A stretch of DNA of 63,992 bases, the filler included, from Chiloscyllium plagiosum (taxonomy: Eukaryota), in the NCBI RefSeq assembly GCF_004010195.1. It is 4 parts of 2 records of this genome, joined end to end, with 100 filler letters (N's around TTAATTAATTAA, not from the genome) between each part and the next. Parts side by side here need not be neighbours in the genome. Positions count along the whole stretch, not along the records: positions 42,474 to 61,363 come from NC_057710.1; positions 61,464 to 63,992 come from NC_057711.1; 2 more parts are not named here. One strand, given 5' to 3'. Made by a program: the position numbers and the translations under genes. Shown here piece after piece: positions 49,331 to 62,759 of the stretch. Every line of letters starts with the position of its first letter. Within the stretch, counting starts at the first letter, position 1. Under the pieces are notes generated by a model. That model had not been told where the DNA came from. It saw only the letters and a list, made by a program, of their open reading frames with translations, and searched no databases.

Positions 49331-49979
49331 TCCCAGGTTCTATATTATAAATGTTCATGTCCTTACCTGCAATTGGTTCATATTTATCCTTGCAAATCTT
49401 TTTCCTCTCACACATTAATAGAAACGTTTACAATTCACTTTTATGTCCTTTCTTGCTTGCATTCATTTCTCTTCTCCCTTTCTTTAGCGGTTTCTTATCC
49501 TTCCTTTGCTGAATCTTAAATTGCTCCTGAGCTTTAAATATATCACCATTTGAGCATTTATACAAGCCACTTTAGCCATATGCATTCTTTAATTTCTTTC
49601 CTTAACTATGGTTTTCCTTTCATTTTGGATGTTTGTGCCTTGAGGACATATATATATATCTGCTCTCGAAGACGTAATATTTCTTTAAATACTAGCTATT
49701 GTCTAGAATCATAGAATCATAGAATTTTACAGGACAGAAGGAGGCCATTTGACCCATTGTACCTGTAACCAGTACCTAAAAGAAATACCCCAGCTAGTGC
49801 ATTCTTCAGCCTTATCTCCATAACCCTCTAAATTCATCACTTTTAAACATATATCAACCTCTGTTTTGGAACCTCACATAGAGTCACCTCCAAGACTGTC
49901 CTAGGTAGCACATTCCAAATCCTAACAACTCTCTGAGTAAAGAAGTTTCTCCTCATCTCTTGCTGACAATCTTAAAATT

Positions 49980-50852
49980 GTACTAGTGGTGGACCGCAGG
50001 GATCTGTTGAGGGTCCACTGCTGTTTGTCATTTATATAAATGACCTGGATGAGGGCATAGAAGGGTGGGTTAGTAAATTTGCGAACTAAAAACAATGACT
50101 GCAGATGCTGGAAACTAGATTCTGGACTTTGGATGCTGCCTGAACTGCTGTGCTCTTCCAGCACCACTAATCTAGTAAATTTGCGGATGACACTAAGGTC
50201 AGTGGAGTTGTGTGCAGTGCTGAAGGATGTTGCAGGTTACAGAGGAACATAAATAAGCTGCAAAGCTGGGCTGAGAGGTGCCTAATGGAGTTTAATGTGG
50301 AAAAGTGTGAGGTGATTCACTTTGGAAGGAGCAACAGGAATGCAGAGTACTGCGCTAATGGTAAGATTCTTGGTAATGTAGATGAGCAGAGAGACCTCGG
50401 TCTCCATGTACATAGATCCCTGAAAGTTGCCACTCAGATTGATAGGGTTTTTAAGAAGGCATATGGTGTGTTAGCTTTTATTAGTCGAGGGATTGAGTTT
50501 CAGAACCACGAGATCATGCTGCAACTGTACAAAACTCTGGTGCGGCCGCACTTGGAGTATTGCATACAGTTCTGGCCACTGCATTATAGGAAGAATGTGG
50601 AAGCTTTGGAAAGGGTTCAGAGATGATTTACCAGGATGTTGCCGAGTATGGAGGGAAGGTCTTACGAGGAAAGGCTGAGGGACTTGAGGCTGTTTTCATG
50701 AGAGAGAAGAAGGGTGAGAGATGACTTACTTGAGACGTATAAGATAATCAGATGGTGAGATAGGGTGGACAGTGAGTCTTTTTTTTCCAATGGTGATGGC
50801 TAGCACAAGGAGACATAGCTTTAAATTCAGGGGTGATAGATATAGGACAGAT
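49980..50852 (+). mobile_element. CR1 LINE RT/3' fragment with an inserted PLE mini-element (50084-50173)
   Basis: ORF 50210-50626 is CR1 ORF2. TAGTAAATTTGCG is duplicated around the PLE insertion. Confidence 0.9.
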
Positions 50853-51205
50853 AGGCAGCATGGTGGCTCAGTGGCGAGCACTGCTACCTCCCAGCATCAG
50901 GGATCTGGGTTCGATTCCAGCCCCAGGTGAATGTCTGTGTGGAGTTTGCAAATTCTGCCCCGTATCAGCGTGAGTTTTCTCCCAGTGCTCCAGTTTCCTC
51001 CCACAGTCCAAAGATGGGCAGGTCAGGTGAATTGGCCATGCTAAACTGCCCATAGTGTTCAGGGATGTGTAGGTTAGGTGCATTAGTCAGGGGTAAATAT
51101 AGGATAATATTGTAAGGGAATTAATCTGGATGGGTTACTCTTCAGAGGGTCAGTCTGGACTTGTTGAGCCGAAGGGCCTGTTTCCACACTGTAAGGAATC
51201 TAATC
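50853..51205 (+). mobile_element. HE1-type V-SINE
   Basis: tRNA head, V-domain and tail. Confidence 0.9.
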
Positions 51206-51572
51206 TTATAAACCTAAGGATCACATAAGTCTTCATAACAACCATAAAATCATTTAGTGTGTTTTCCCAATCCATCCTCGCCAAACTGATTCTCATACGT
51301 TCATTGTTTCCTTCACACAGATTGAAGGTCCTCGTTTCAGAATGAACAAAGCCGCATTTAAATGTTAAATTTTATTTTATGGTCACTATTTCTCTTGGTA
51401 GCAATGTTATTAATTATCCTTTTTTCACGACAGTGCACCAAATCCAATGTAACCCAATCCTTAGTTGGTTCCTCAACATACTGTTTCAGAAACCCATCTC
51501 ATACACACAATTGGAATTCATCCTCCATATCATTAGTGCTGACTTCTTTAACCCAGACTATAAGTTAATTGA

Positions 51573-51768
51573 AGCTGAAAATGTGTTGCTGGAAAAGTGC
51601 AGCAGGTCAGGCAGCATCCAAGGAGCAGGAGAATCAACGTTTCGGGCAGAAGCCCTTCTTCAGGAAACATCGATTCTCCTGCTCCTTGGATGCTGCCCGA
51701 CCTGCTGCGCTTTTCCAGCAACACATTTTCAGCTCTGATCTCCAGCATCTGCAGCCCTCACTTTCTCT
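51573..51768. mobile_element. PLE family A inverted-repeat mini-element
   Basis: Arms of about 65 bp (AGCTGAAAATGTGTTGCTGGAAAAG...GAGAATC / GATTCTC...CACATTTTCAGCT) around a minus-strand hammerhead motif. CTATAAGTTAATTGAAG is repeated on both flanks. Confidence 0.85.
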
Positions 51769-52779
51769 ATAAGTTAATTGAAGTCAACCATTATGATTAT
51801 ATTATCCATGTTACATGAATCTCTAATTTTGTGATTTGAGATTTTATTGTCTGAATGATAAGTGTTGACAGAACCTCGTAATCCTCAAACTCACCTGAAC
51901 AGTGCTTGGAATTCAATTCAGTCCATTTTCATCTAGTTCACTAACATCCTTTAGGGAAGGAAATCTGCCATCCTTGCACGAATCCATAGCAGTATGGTTA
52001 GCTCAACTACCTTCTGGGCAATTAGAGATGAACAATAAATGCACGCCTATACAGAATAAAAACAAATGCTATTGCTCCAAATTCTGCACCAGAATTTCAG
52101 CTATGGGTTATTCTAATATATATCTATGTCTCTTTTGCTGGCCAATCCGTCAAGGGACGAAGGGCCTGTACAGTGCTGTCCTGTTTTAATGTTACAAGGC
52201 AATCTGATACTTTGTTCAACTAGTTGTCGAGTCAACCAGAGAGCAGGCAAGTCTAGAACTGGTGAATGAGTAATGAGACAGGATTAATCAACAACCTTGT
52301 GGTAATGAAGTCTCTGGATGACTGACCATAACATGACAGAATTCCTCTTTCAGCTTGAAGTGGATCTAAGACTACTCTCTTACCCTGAAAAAAGGGTCCG
52401 AAGGTACAGCTAGCTTGTGAACTGGAAAAATATCAGACCATAAAATGTAGAAGCAGATGTGGATCATTCAGCCTGTCTAGTCTGCTCTGTCATTCAGAGA
52501 TCATAGGCAATCTGATAATCCTCAAGTCCGCTTTCCTACCCTATCCCCATAGGTTTTGATTTCCACACTGATTAAAAAAATCTGTGTATCTTAGCCTTGA
52601 CTATACTTAATGACCTGGCCTCAGCAATCCTCTGCAGTAAAGAATTCCACAGATTCACTACTCTCAGAGGTATTTCCATCTTATTTCAGTTTTAAACGTG
52701 AGACTTCTCATTCTGACATTGTGCCCTCTGCTCCTAAAAGCACCTCATGATGGAAGCAGCCTTTCTCTATCAATTCTTG

Positions 52780-53098
52780 GGCGGCACAGTGGCACAGTGG
52801 TTAGCACTGCTGCCTCACAGCGCCAGGGACCTGGATTCGATTCCCGCCTCAGGCGACTGACTGTGTGGAGTTTGCACGTTCTCCCCGTGTCTGCGTGGGT
52901 TTCCTCCGGGTGCTCCGGTTTCCTCCCACAGTCCAAAGATGTGCAGGTCAGGTGAATTGGCCATGCTAAATCACCCATAGTGTTAGTGCATTAGTCAGGG
53001 GTAAAAATAGGATGGGGGTGGATTACTCTTCAGAGGGTCGGTGTGGACTTGTTGGGCCAAATGGCCTGTTTCCATCGTGTAGGGGATCTAATCTAATC
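52780..53098 (+). mobile_element. HE1-type V-SINE, full length, nested in an old CR1 (about 52430-53200, minus)
   Basis: Near-consensus head, V-domain and (TAATC)n tail. Confidence 0.93.
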
Positions 53099-53244
53099 TC
53101 TGTCAACTCTCCTAAGAATCTTTGTACATTTCAGTAAGGTCGCATCTCATTCTTCTACATTCCAATATGTAAAGCCCCAATTCATTCAATTTTCTCATGA
53201 CAGTCTCTCTATTTAGCCCACACTCACCTCTCCCTCACCTTTTG

Positions 53245-54290
53245 ATAGAACATAGAACATAAAACATAGAACAATACAGCACAGAACAGGCCCTTCGGCC
53301 CTTGATGTTGTGCCGACCTATGAACTATTCTCAGCTCGTCCCCCTACACTATCCCAACATCATCCATGTGCTTATCTCAGGATTGTTTAAATTCCCCTAA
53401 TGTGGCTGAGTTAACTTCATTGGCAGGTAGGTTATTCCATGCCCTTACCACTGTCTGAGTAAAGAACCAGCCTCTGACATCTGTCTTAAATCTATCACCC
53501 CTCAATTTGTAGCTATGCCCTCTCGTACACGCTGACATCATCATCCTCGAAAAAAGACTTTCACTGTCTACCCTATCTAATCCTCTGATCATCTTGTATG
53601 TCTCTATCAAATCCCCTCTGAGCCTTCTTCTTGCCAATGAGAACACACCCAAGTCTCTCAGCCTTTTCTCATAAGACCTTCCCTCCAGACCAGGCAACAT
53701 CCTGGTAAATCTCCTCTGCACCTTTTCCAATGCTTCCACATCCTTCCCGAATATGGCAACCAAACCTGTACACTATATTCCAAGTGTGGCCGCACCAGCG
53801 TTTTGTAAAGTTGCAGCATGACATTGTGGTTCCGGAACTCAATCCCTCTACCAATGAAACCTAACACACCGTATGCCTTCTTAACAGCACTATCCACTTG
53901 GGTGGCAACTTCCAGGGATCTATGTACACGGACTCCAAGATCCCTCTGCATATCCACACTACCAAGAATCTTTCCATTGACTCAGTACTCTGCCTTCCTG
54001 TTATTCTTCCCAAAGTGCATCACCTCACATTTAGCTGCATTGAACTCTATTTGCCACCTCTCAGCCCAATTCTGCAGTTTATCCAAGACCCCCTGCAATG
54101 TGTAGCATTCTTACAAACTGTCCAGTACTCCACTGACTTTAGTGTCGTCTGCAAATTTACTAATCCATCCACCTATGCCTGCGTCTAAGTCATTTATAAA
54201 AACGACAAACAGCAGTGGTCCCAAAACAGATCCTTGTGGCACACCACTAGTAACTGGGCTACAGACTGAATATTTTCCCTCAACCATCTC
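53245..54290 (-). mobile_element. CR1 LINE, relatively young RT/3' fragment
   Basis: ORFs 53658-53957 and 53377-53763 are CR1 ORF2; (TGTTCTA)n tail. Confidence 0.93.
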
Positions 54291-54509
54291 TGATGGCTTG
54301 CACTAATGAGCTTTGCACATAAATTCAATTGAAAACATGAGTAATTGTCTGATGGTGGTTAATGAATGGAAAACAAATACCACAGGTGCTTTGGTGATGA
54401 GGAAAAAATATTCAGTTATGTGTAGGAGCACCTCTGAATATTTTTTCAATCCACACCTGATATCAGCCCAGTGAACCTACTCTAGACTGTTGCAATGCCC
54501 CATTGTTTG

Positions 54510-55510
54510 ATAAGGTTCCCCACGGTAGGCTATTGCACAAAATACAGAGGCATGGGATTGAGGGTGATCAGAAATTGGCTAGCTCTAAGAAGACACAGGG
54601 TGGTGGTTGATGGGAAATGTTCAGCCTGGAGCTCAATTACTAGTGGAAGGATCTGTTTTGGCGCCACTGCTGTGTGTCATTTTTATAACTGACCTGGATG
54701 AGGGCATAGAAGGACGGATTCGTAAATTTGTAGATGACACTAAAGTCAGTGGAATTGTGGTTAGTGTGGAAGGATTTTGCAGATTAGAGGGTTATGGATA
54801 AGCTGCACAGCTGGGCTGAGAGGTGGCAAATGGAGTTAATGCAGAAAAGTGTGAGACGATTCACTTTGGAAGGAGCAACAGGAATACAGAGTACCGGGCT
54901 AATGGTAGTGTAGATGAGCAGAGAGATCTGTGTCCCTGTGCATAAATCCCTGGAAGCTGCCACCCAAGTTGGTAAGATTAAGAAGGCATACGGTGTGTTA
55001 GCCCATATTGATATAGGGATTAAGTTTCAGAACCATGAGGTCATGTTGCAGCTGTGCCAAATTCTGATGGGGCCACACTTGGAACATTGCGTCCAGTTAT
55101 GGTCACTGCATTACAGGAAGGATATGGGTGCAGAGGAGATTTACCAGGATGTTGCCTGGTATGAAGGGAAGATCTTATGAGGAAAAGCTGAGGGAACTGG
55201 GGCTGTTCTTGTTGGAGAATGAGGTTGAGAGGTGACTTAATAGAGATATATAAGATAATCAGAGGGTTCAATAGGATGGATGGTGAAAGCTTTTTTCCTT
55301 GGATGGTGATGGCTAGCACAATTGAGGGGTGATAGTTATAAGACAGATGCCAGAGGTAGATTTTTTAATCAGAGGGTAGTGGGGCATGGAATACATTGCC
55401 TGCAACAGTAGTAGACTCGCCAACTTAAAGGGCATATAAATGATCATTGGATAAACATATGGACGATAACGAAATAATGTAGGTTAGATGGGCTTCAGAT
55501 TGGTTCCACA
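54510..55510 (+). mobile_element. CR1 LINE RT/3' fragment
   Basis: GSVLAPLL...[21 protein letters not shown]. Confidence 0.9.
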
Positions 55511-56849
55511 CACATATGTAAGGACAGCACTGTAATGGGTATAACTCTCAAAGAGGTTTAAAAAAAATGGAAACGTTGTGGACAGAAAAGAGGGAAGTAC
55601 TTGCTAAACAAATCAAAATTAGAAGATCCAAAACTGGATTTTGCTTTCCCAGTTTCTTATTTCACTTCACCCATCTGTCACACTACTCTTAAGTTTCTTC
55701 ACGTTTCTTCAAAAAGTAGTAATAAGCTCAATTTTTCAGCTTGATCTTGCAATTTATTCTTCTGGATAATCGTGAGACCCTAGATTTGGGAGTATCGTCC
55801 TTAATTTTTGTGGAGGCATGTCTACAGTGTCTGTTGATCATTACTGTTAAATGCGTTCCACTAACTTATCCCTGACTTCCCCTCAAGTAGCTGCACCCAG
55901 TCCACTTTTGCCAGTTCATCTCAGCTTTGTCAAGTTGTCTTTCTTCCAATTTGGAACTTTTACATGTGTTCTGTTTTTTGCCTTTTTGATAACAGTATTA
56001 TAATCATGCCCAAAAGTTCATTCATTATTCCTGCCTCATTTCCCCAGACTGAATAGAAGATTGCACTATATCACGTTGGGTTTCTTACATGCTGGCTAGA
56101 AAAGTTCTGTGGAATGCATTTCAAGAATTATGTGCCCTTTGTGGTATTCCAGTTGATTTTTGGGTAATTGAAATCCTCAACTATTATAGCCATATTGTTT
56201 CTGCACTCAGAAATTTGCTGGCATATTTGTCCACATCTAACAATGTGGCTGCTCCTTTTGTTCTAAGCTTGATCTGCATGGCCTCGTTTGATGCTTCATT
56301 TTCCATATAATCCCTCCTCTCTACTGTGATTGATTCTTTAACCAATATGGTTGGGATATCTGGTCGGCATGGACGGGTTGGACCGAAGGGTCTGTTTCCG
56401 TGCTGTACATCTCTATGACTCTAGGTCGGCGGAACATTGAGGGCCGAAGGGCCTGTACTGCGTTGTAATGTTCTTTGTTCCATGAGTCTCTGAAACAGCA
56501 TGTTGAGGAACCAACTAAGGATCGGGCTACTTTGGATTTGGGGTGGTGTCGTGAGAAAGGGATAATTAGTAACATTATAATAATATTGGAAAATAGTGAC
56601 CATAATATGAAACAATTTAATTAAGTTTGAATGTTACATTGTTCATTCTGATTTATGGCGTGTTTAGCATGAATATTACAATTTGAGTAATAGACAACTC
56701 CCCTTGATTCCCCATGCTGCATTTTTAGTTCTGCACAAACTGATTCTACATCATGATCCTTTGATTAAAGGCCCTTCTTACTAAAGCACTGATGTATTCC
56801 TACATTAGCGGTGCTATCCCCAACTCCCTTTTTCTGTCCATACGTTTGC

Positions 56850-57815
56850 AGCTGACATAAGGTCAAGTAGTGAGAGTGACACAAAGAGTTTACAGAGGGA
56901 TATGGATAGAATGTGTAAAAATAATACAACACGGAAAAATGAACGGTTATATTTGGCAGGAGGAATAGAAAAGAAAAATGTGTTGCTGGAAAAGCGCAGC
57001 AGGTCAGGCTTAAGGGCTTATGCCCGAAACGTCGATTCCACTGCTCCTTGGATGCTGCCTGACCTGCTGTGCTTTTCCAGCAACACATTTTTCAGCTCTG
57101 ATCTCCAGCATCTGCAGTCCTCACTTTCTCCCAGGAGAAATAGAAAAGTTGAATGTTATTTAGTGGTGAAAGATAGCAGAAAGCTACAGCACGAAGGGAT
57201 GTGGAGGCCCATGCATGAATCATAAAAACCAAGCATTCTAGATCAGCAGGTAATAGGGAAGACAATGGAATTTTGTCCATTATTTCAAAGGGGATGGAGT
57301 ACAAAAATGGGGAGGCTTTACCTAAAATATACAATGCTCTGGTCAAACGACATCTGGAATATGATGAACAGTTTGGATCCCTGGAGGTAGTCAAGAAAAA
57401 GATTTCTAGGTTAATTCCAAGTATGAAGGGAATTTCTTATGAAGAGAGGTTCTGCAGTTTTGGGCCTGTACTCATTAGAGTTTTAGAGACCTTGTTGAAA
57501 CATATGTGATTTAAAGGGACTTGAGAGTTTAGATTATAGTATAGGTTGTTCCCTTTGTGAGAGAGTCTCAGACAGAAGCCAAACATGAGGATTTTCCTTT
57601 TTCTGAGTGCACTCAATCTGTAGAATTCTTTACCATGGAAGACTGTAGTGGTTGTACTGTTAAGTATATTCAAGGCTGAAAGAGACAGAATTTTAATCAG
57701 TAAGGAAACTAAGGGGTTGTGAGAATAAGGATTGTCAGATCAGGCATCATCTCATTGATGGGTGGAGCTGGCTCATTCGGCCAAGTGGCCAACTTCTTAT
57801 ACTTTGCCTTATTGT
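56850..57815 (+). mobile_element. Old CR1 fragment with an inserted PLE family A inverted mini-element (about 56974-57132)
   Basis: IISKGMEYKNGEALPKIYNALVKRHLEY. The insertion is flanked by AATAGAAAAG repeats. Confidence 0.82.
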
Positions 57816-58085
57816 CCTTTGGTCAAGGGGTCAAACATCAGGTGGAGAATCTGGGGTAGTGTCAAAACGACTTTGAAGGGCATTTTCGATCCAGCAGCTG
57901 GGGGACCAGGATAGTGCGGTCTATGGGGTTAACATATCAGTAGATGGGGGAGCATTTTTCAAATCCAGTACGTGAGTGCTGTGGCCAGGAGGGTCAGTGG
58001 TGGATTGGTGATGAGTCCCAGAGGTTCAGGCCAGCGACAGTGGGTTTGGAGGGAGTAAAGCATGTTGTGTTGGAGGTTCTGGTAA

Positions 58086-58176
58086 GAGAAAGTGAGGATC
58101 GCAGATGCTGGGGATCAGAGTCGAGAGTGTGGTGCTGGAAAAGAACAGCAGGTCAGGTAGCATCCGAGGAGCAGCA
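58086..58176 (-). mobile_element. PLE family A terminal fragment
   Basis: Family terminus flanked by the direct repeat GTTCTGGTAAGA. Confidence 0.78.
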
Positions 58177-58322
58177 AGTTCTGGTAAGAAGCAAGGGGGA
58201 ATGTTTGTCAGTTCCTGGGGTTATAAGGGGTCGGGGGTTGTATAGTTGGAAATACTTGCGGTGAGCAGGAGTGTCAGCTTAATTGTTACCTAGAATTTGC
58301 AATTGGCTTCAAATCAGCTGTT

Positions 58323-58820
58323 TAGAGTCATAGAGTCATAGAGATGTACAGCACGGAAACAGACCCTTCGGTCTAACCCGTCCATGCTGACCAGATATCC
58401 CAACCTAATCTAGTCCTACATGCCAGGACGTGGCCCATATCCCTCCAAACCCTTCCTATTCATGTACCCGTCCAAATGCCTTTTAAATGTTGCAATTGTA
58501 CCAGCCTCTACCACTTCCTCTGGTAGCTCATTCCACTCACTCGCCACCCTCTGCATGAAAAAGTTGCTCCTCAGGACCCTTTTAAATGTTTCCCCTCTCA
58601 CCCTAAACCTATGGCCTCTAGTTCTGGACTCCCCCACTCCAGGGAAAAGGCCTTGTCTATTTATCCTATCCATGCCCCTCATGATTTTGTAAACCTCTAT
58701 AAGGCCACCCCTCAGTCCTCGACGCTCCAGGGAAAACAGCCCCAGCCTATTCAGCCTCTCCCAATTGGTCAAATCCTCCAACCCTGGCAACATTCTTTTC
58801 TGAGCCCTTTCAAGTTTTCT
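58323..58820 (-). mobile_element. CR1 (HER1-like) LINE 3' fragment
   Basis: ORF 58416-58793 is the CR1 ORF2 C-terminus. Confidence 0.93.
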
Positions 58821-59416
58821 TGGATAACTGTTAGCTTAACTGCAGAGGAACCTTCTGAGTTCTCATTTTTTATGGATTCATTTGGGGATTACAGACAGAT
58901 GACCTGTCCACTGGCATCTTCAACGTCCCAGACAATTCCCATGGAGTCTGCTCCATTCTACAGAGTTCCAAAGTGCAACTCCAGTGACTGTCTGGCCAAT
59001 TGGAAATCTAGGCCACCATATATACATTGGTAAGATAAAGTCTAGACAAAACTGCGAATTGTACTAAAAATAGAAAATTCTGGAAATATTCAGTATGTCT
59101 GCGTGTATCTCTGGAGAGAGCAATAGAAGCAACACTTCAAATACAGACCTTTAAACACATTTGATAAAAGGTCATTGATTGAAATGTCAGCTTCACTAGT
59201 TAGGTTGTGAGTTTTTGAAAATTTGGCATGTGGGTTTCGAGCATTGTTTTCTATCCATTTTTTTTCTATGGTATCTGCACTTTGTGCTGGAGATCCCATG
59301 TCAAACCCAAATCATGTTGTGCGTAAATTGGCTACAGACCAAAAATCTTTATTTGCATAAGATGATCTCAGAGGTCACCTTGTATGGCAAGACACAAGGT
59401 TTAGTCTGTACACCAG

Positions 59417-59837
59417 GACATAGAACATAGAACATAGAACATAGAACAATACAGCGCAGTACAGGCCCTTCGGCCCTCAATGTTGCGCCGATCCAAGCCC
59501 ACCTAACCTACACTAGCCCACTATCCTCCATATGCCTATCCAATGCCCGCTTAAATGCCCATAATGAGGGAGAGTCCACCACTGCTACTGGCAGGGCATT
59601 CCATGAACTCACGACTCGCTGAGTAAAGAACCTACCCCTAACATCTGTCCTATACCTACCCCCCCTTAATTTAAATCTATGCCCCCTTGTAATAGCTGAC
59701 TCCATACGTGGAAAAAGATTCTCACTGTCGACCCTATCTAAACCCCTAATCATCTTATACACCTCTATCAAGTCACCCCTAAACCTTCTTTTCTCCAATG
59801 AAAACAACCCCAAGTGCCTCAGCCTTTCCTCATACGA
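59417..59837 (-). mobile_element. CR1 LINE 3' fragment
   Basis: ORF 59508-59813, with an (ACATAGA)n tail on the plus strand. Confidence 0.93.
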
Positions 59838-60239
59838 TCAGTCATGTTAAGATACTGAGACAATACCAAGTGCATATTCCTAGCCTTACACCGAGCTGAT
59901 TCCTCAAAATGGATGTTGTAAAGGGTAGCAGATTATTGATTTCTGTTTGTTGCAATGCCTTTTTTAGTATTGTTATATTTACAAACATTTTGGAATTTTA
60001 ATTCATTAACCAGCAGCATAGTACAGCTGTTTTTAAATTGAGCAAGATGTAGATAGTTTGCAAAATTCTTCCATGATCCTGCACACCAGCAAAAAGATGA
60101 AATAAGAGGTTACATGAAATAGCAACTTTTTCAATTATAGGAAGAGCCATGAGCAACAAAACATACAAAGCAATGCCATCAGCATAAATTAGTCACGAAA
60201 ATGTGACTATTTGGTCTGTACCACAAGTATATCATGTAG

Positions 60240-60778
60240 AATCAGAGTCATAGAGCTGTACAGCATGGAAACAGACCCTTCAGCCCAGCTTGTTCATGCT
60301 GACCAGCTATGCTAAACTAATCTAGTCCCATTTGCCAGCATTTAGCTCATGTCCCTCCAAACCCTTCCTATTCATATACCCATCAATTTGCCTTTTAAAT
60401 GTTGTAATTGTACCAGCCTCCACCACTTCTAGTGGCAGCTCATTCCATACATGCACCATCCTCTGCATGAAAAAGTTGCCCCTACGTCTCTTTTAGATCT
60501 TTCCCCTTTCACCTTAAACCTATGCCCGCTAGTTCTGGACTGTCCTAACCCAGGGAAAAGACTTTGACTTTGACTTTGACATTTACCTCATGATTTCTCC
60601 AACACAGCAGGGGAAATAGCCCCAGCCTTTTCAACCTCTCCCTATAGCTCAAATCTTCCAACCCAGACAGCATCCTTGTAGATCTTTTCTGAACCCTTTC
60701 AAGTTTCACAGCATCCTTCCTATAGCATGAAGAATAGAATTGTACACAATATTTCAAAAGTGGCGTAATTAATGTCCT
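60240..60778 (-). mobile_element. CR1 LINE 3' fragment
   Basis: PLLKYCVQFYSSCYRKDAVKLERVQKRSTRMLSGL. Confidence 0.9.
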
Positions 60779-61363
60779 AGGTAAAAACAATGACTGCAGA
60801 TGCTGGAAACCAGATTCTGGATTAGTGGTGCTGGAAAACCACAGCAGTTCAGGCAACATCCGAGGAGCAAGAAAATTCGACATTTCAGGTCTTCATCAGG
60901 AACACAGGCAGACAGCCTGAAGGGTGGAGAGATAAGTGAGAGGAGGGTCGGGGTGGGGAGAAAGTAGCATAGAGTACAATGGGTGAGTGGGGGAGGGGAT
61001 GAAGTTGATAGGTCAGGGAGGAGGGTGGAGTGGATAGGTGGAAAAGAAGATAGGCAGGTAGGACAAGTCATGGGGACAGTGCTGAGCTGGAAGTTTGGAA
61101 CTAGGGTGAGGTGGGGGAAGGGGAAATGAGGAAACTGGTGACGTTCACATTGATGCCCTGGGGTTGAAGTGTTCTGAGGCGGAAGATGAGGCGTTCTTCC
61201 TCCAGGCGCCTGGTGGGGAGGGAGCGGCGGTGAAGGAGGCCCAGGACCTCCGTGTCCTCAGCAGAGTGGGAGGGGGAGTTGAAATGTTGGGCCACAGGGC
61301 GGTGTGGTTGATTGGTGCGGGTGTCCCGGAGATATTCCCTAAAGCGCTCTGCTAGGAGGCGTC
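60779..61363 (-). mobile_element. Penelope-like element 3' part (GIY-YIG C-terminus, pseudo-LTR, deleted hammerhead), truncated by a gap
   Basis: AQHFNSPSHSAEDTEVLGLLHRRSLPTRRLEEERLIFRLRTLQPQGINV; reverse complement GTTC-CTGATGA-AGACCT-GAAATGTC-GAAT at about 60874-60904. Confidence 0.88.
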
Positions 61364-61463
61364 NNNNNNNNNNNNNNNNNNNNNNNNNNNNNNNNNNNNN
61401 NNNNNNNTTAATTAATTAANNNNNNNNNNNNNNNNNNNNNNNNNNNNNNNNNNNNNNNNNNNN
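61364..61463. other. Assembly spacer N44-TTAATTAATTAA-N44
   Basis: Same construct as 18752-18851. Confidence 0.97.
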
Positions 61464-61785
61464 ACTAGGACCCGTGGATACAGCCTTAGAATTAGAGGGG
61501 GTCATTTCAGAACAGACATGCGGAGACATTTCTTCAGCCAGAGAGTGGTGGGCCTGTGGAATTCATTGCCACGGAGTGCAGTGGAAGCCGGGACGCTAAA
61601 TGTCTTCAAGGCCGAGATTGATAGATTCTTGTTGTCTCGAGGAATTAAGGGCTACGGGGAGAACGCTGGTAAGTGGAGCTGAAATGCGCATCAGCCATGA
61701 TTGAATGGCGGAGTGGACTTGATGGGCCGAATGGCCTTACTTCCACTCCTATGTCTTATGGTCTTATGGTCTTATGGTCTTATGG
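61464..61785 (+). mobile_element. Young CR1 LINE 3' end
   Basis: RRHFFSQRVVGLWNSLP..., CpG-rich, with a (TCTTATGG)4 tail. Confidence 0.92.
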
Positions 61786-61997
61786 GCAAGAAGAGATGAT
61801 CTACCCACACCCTATGAATTAACGAAGAACAATTTTGGCAGCTCTTGGGCTTGTGTTGTTGGACTCAGTAACACCGGAGGAATCTTAGTTTTAGATTCAT
61901 AATGAGCAGGTACCAGGATGTGCTAACAGGTTAATTACCTTGTTCACATCGACACAACTCTGACTCACCAGCCTCTCTCAAAATGCATATAATTTGT

Positions 61998-62136
61998 CAT
62001 GATTTGGAGATGTCGGTGTTGGACTGGGGTGTACAAAGTTAAAAATCAAACAACACCAGGTTATAGTCCATAGGAAGCTAGTGGGATTCCAATTAAACCT
62101 GTTGGACTATAACCTGGTGTTGTGTGATTTTAACTT
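61998..62136. mobile_element. PLE family C inverted terminal mini-element
   Basis: Inverted arms of about 34 bp (62036-62070 / 62103-62136) homologous to 15430-15513. Confidence 0.8.
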
Positions 62137-62759
62137 CATATAATTTGTAATTGTTTGAAGATAAAAGCACAGCTAAGCTGCCAAGACAGAACGGAATCCA
62201 ATTGCTAAAGAGTAAGTTGATGAAGCCTTTGAATTTTTGACCATTTTTATTGATGAGCAATAAGATTATAGGATCAAAGTGGAAATGAAAGTTTAAATAT
62301 CCTCGATTGTTCTCTCTTTGCCTTAGCCATAACCTTTCATTTACAGTATACAACTGGCCGCGCTCTTTCAGCCACATGCTCCTGTGCTATCTTGATAGTG
62401 TTTATTGTTCTGATTTGAACAGATAAAGGATATTGGAATTATCTTTTACATTTACTGAAGCTTCGCATCCTGCAACCATCAGGACAATATGCAAGAATAC
62501 TCATTCTGGGAAAAAGTCACTGTTTACAATGTTTGAGAGGAGGGTGCTAATTGGCTGGCCAGTGGACTCTGACTGGTTAAGGTATTGTCTTGAAAAATGA
62601 ACCAGCAAATGATAGTCGCCTATTTTGTTGAGGTCAAGCAGGTTTATTGTGGGTACATGTTCGATCTGTCTGTAGAGTGCGGTGCTCTGTGCATGAGAAT
62701 ACATACCGAAAATATGCAGGTTTACCACACTGTAAGTCAAACTGACAATCTTAAATTGA

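Noticed and set aside
51360..56610. Inverted similarity between 51380-51500 and 56482-56602 as transposon TIRs
   Set aside because: Both translate as CR1 endonuclease-region fragments (FLKQxVEEPTKDxxTLDL), so they are independent LINE remnants.
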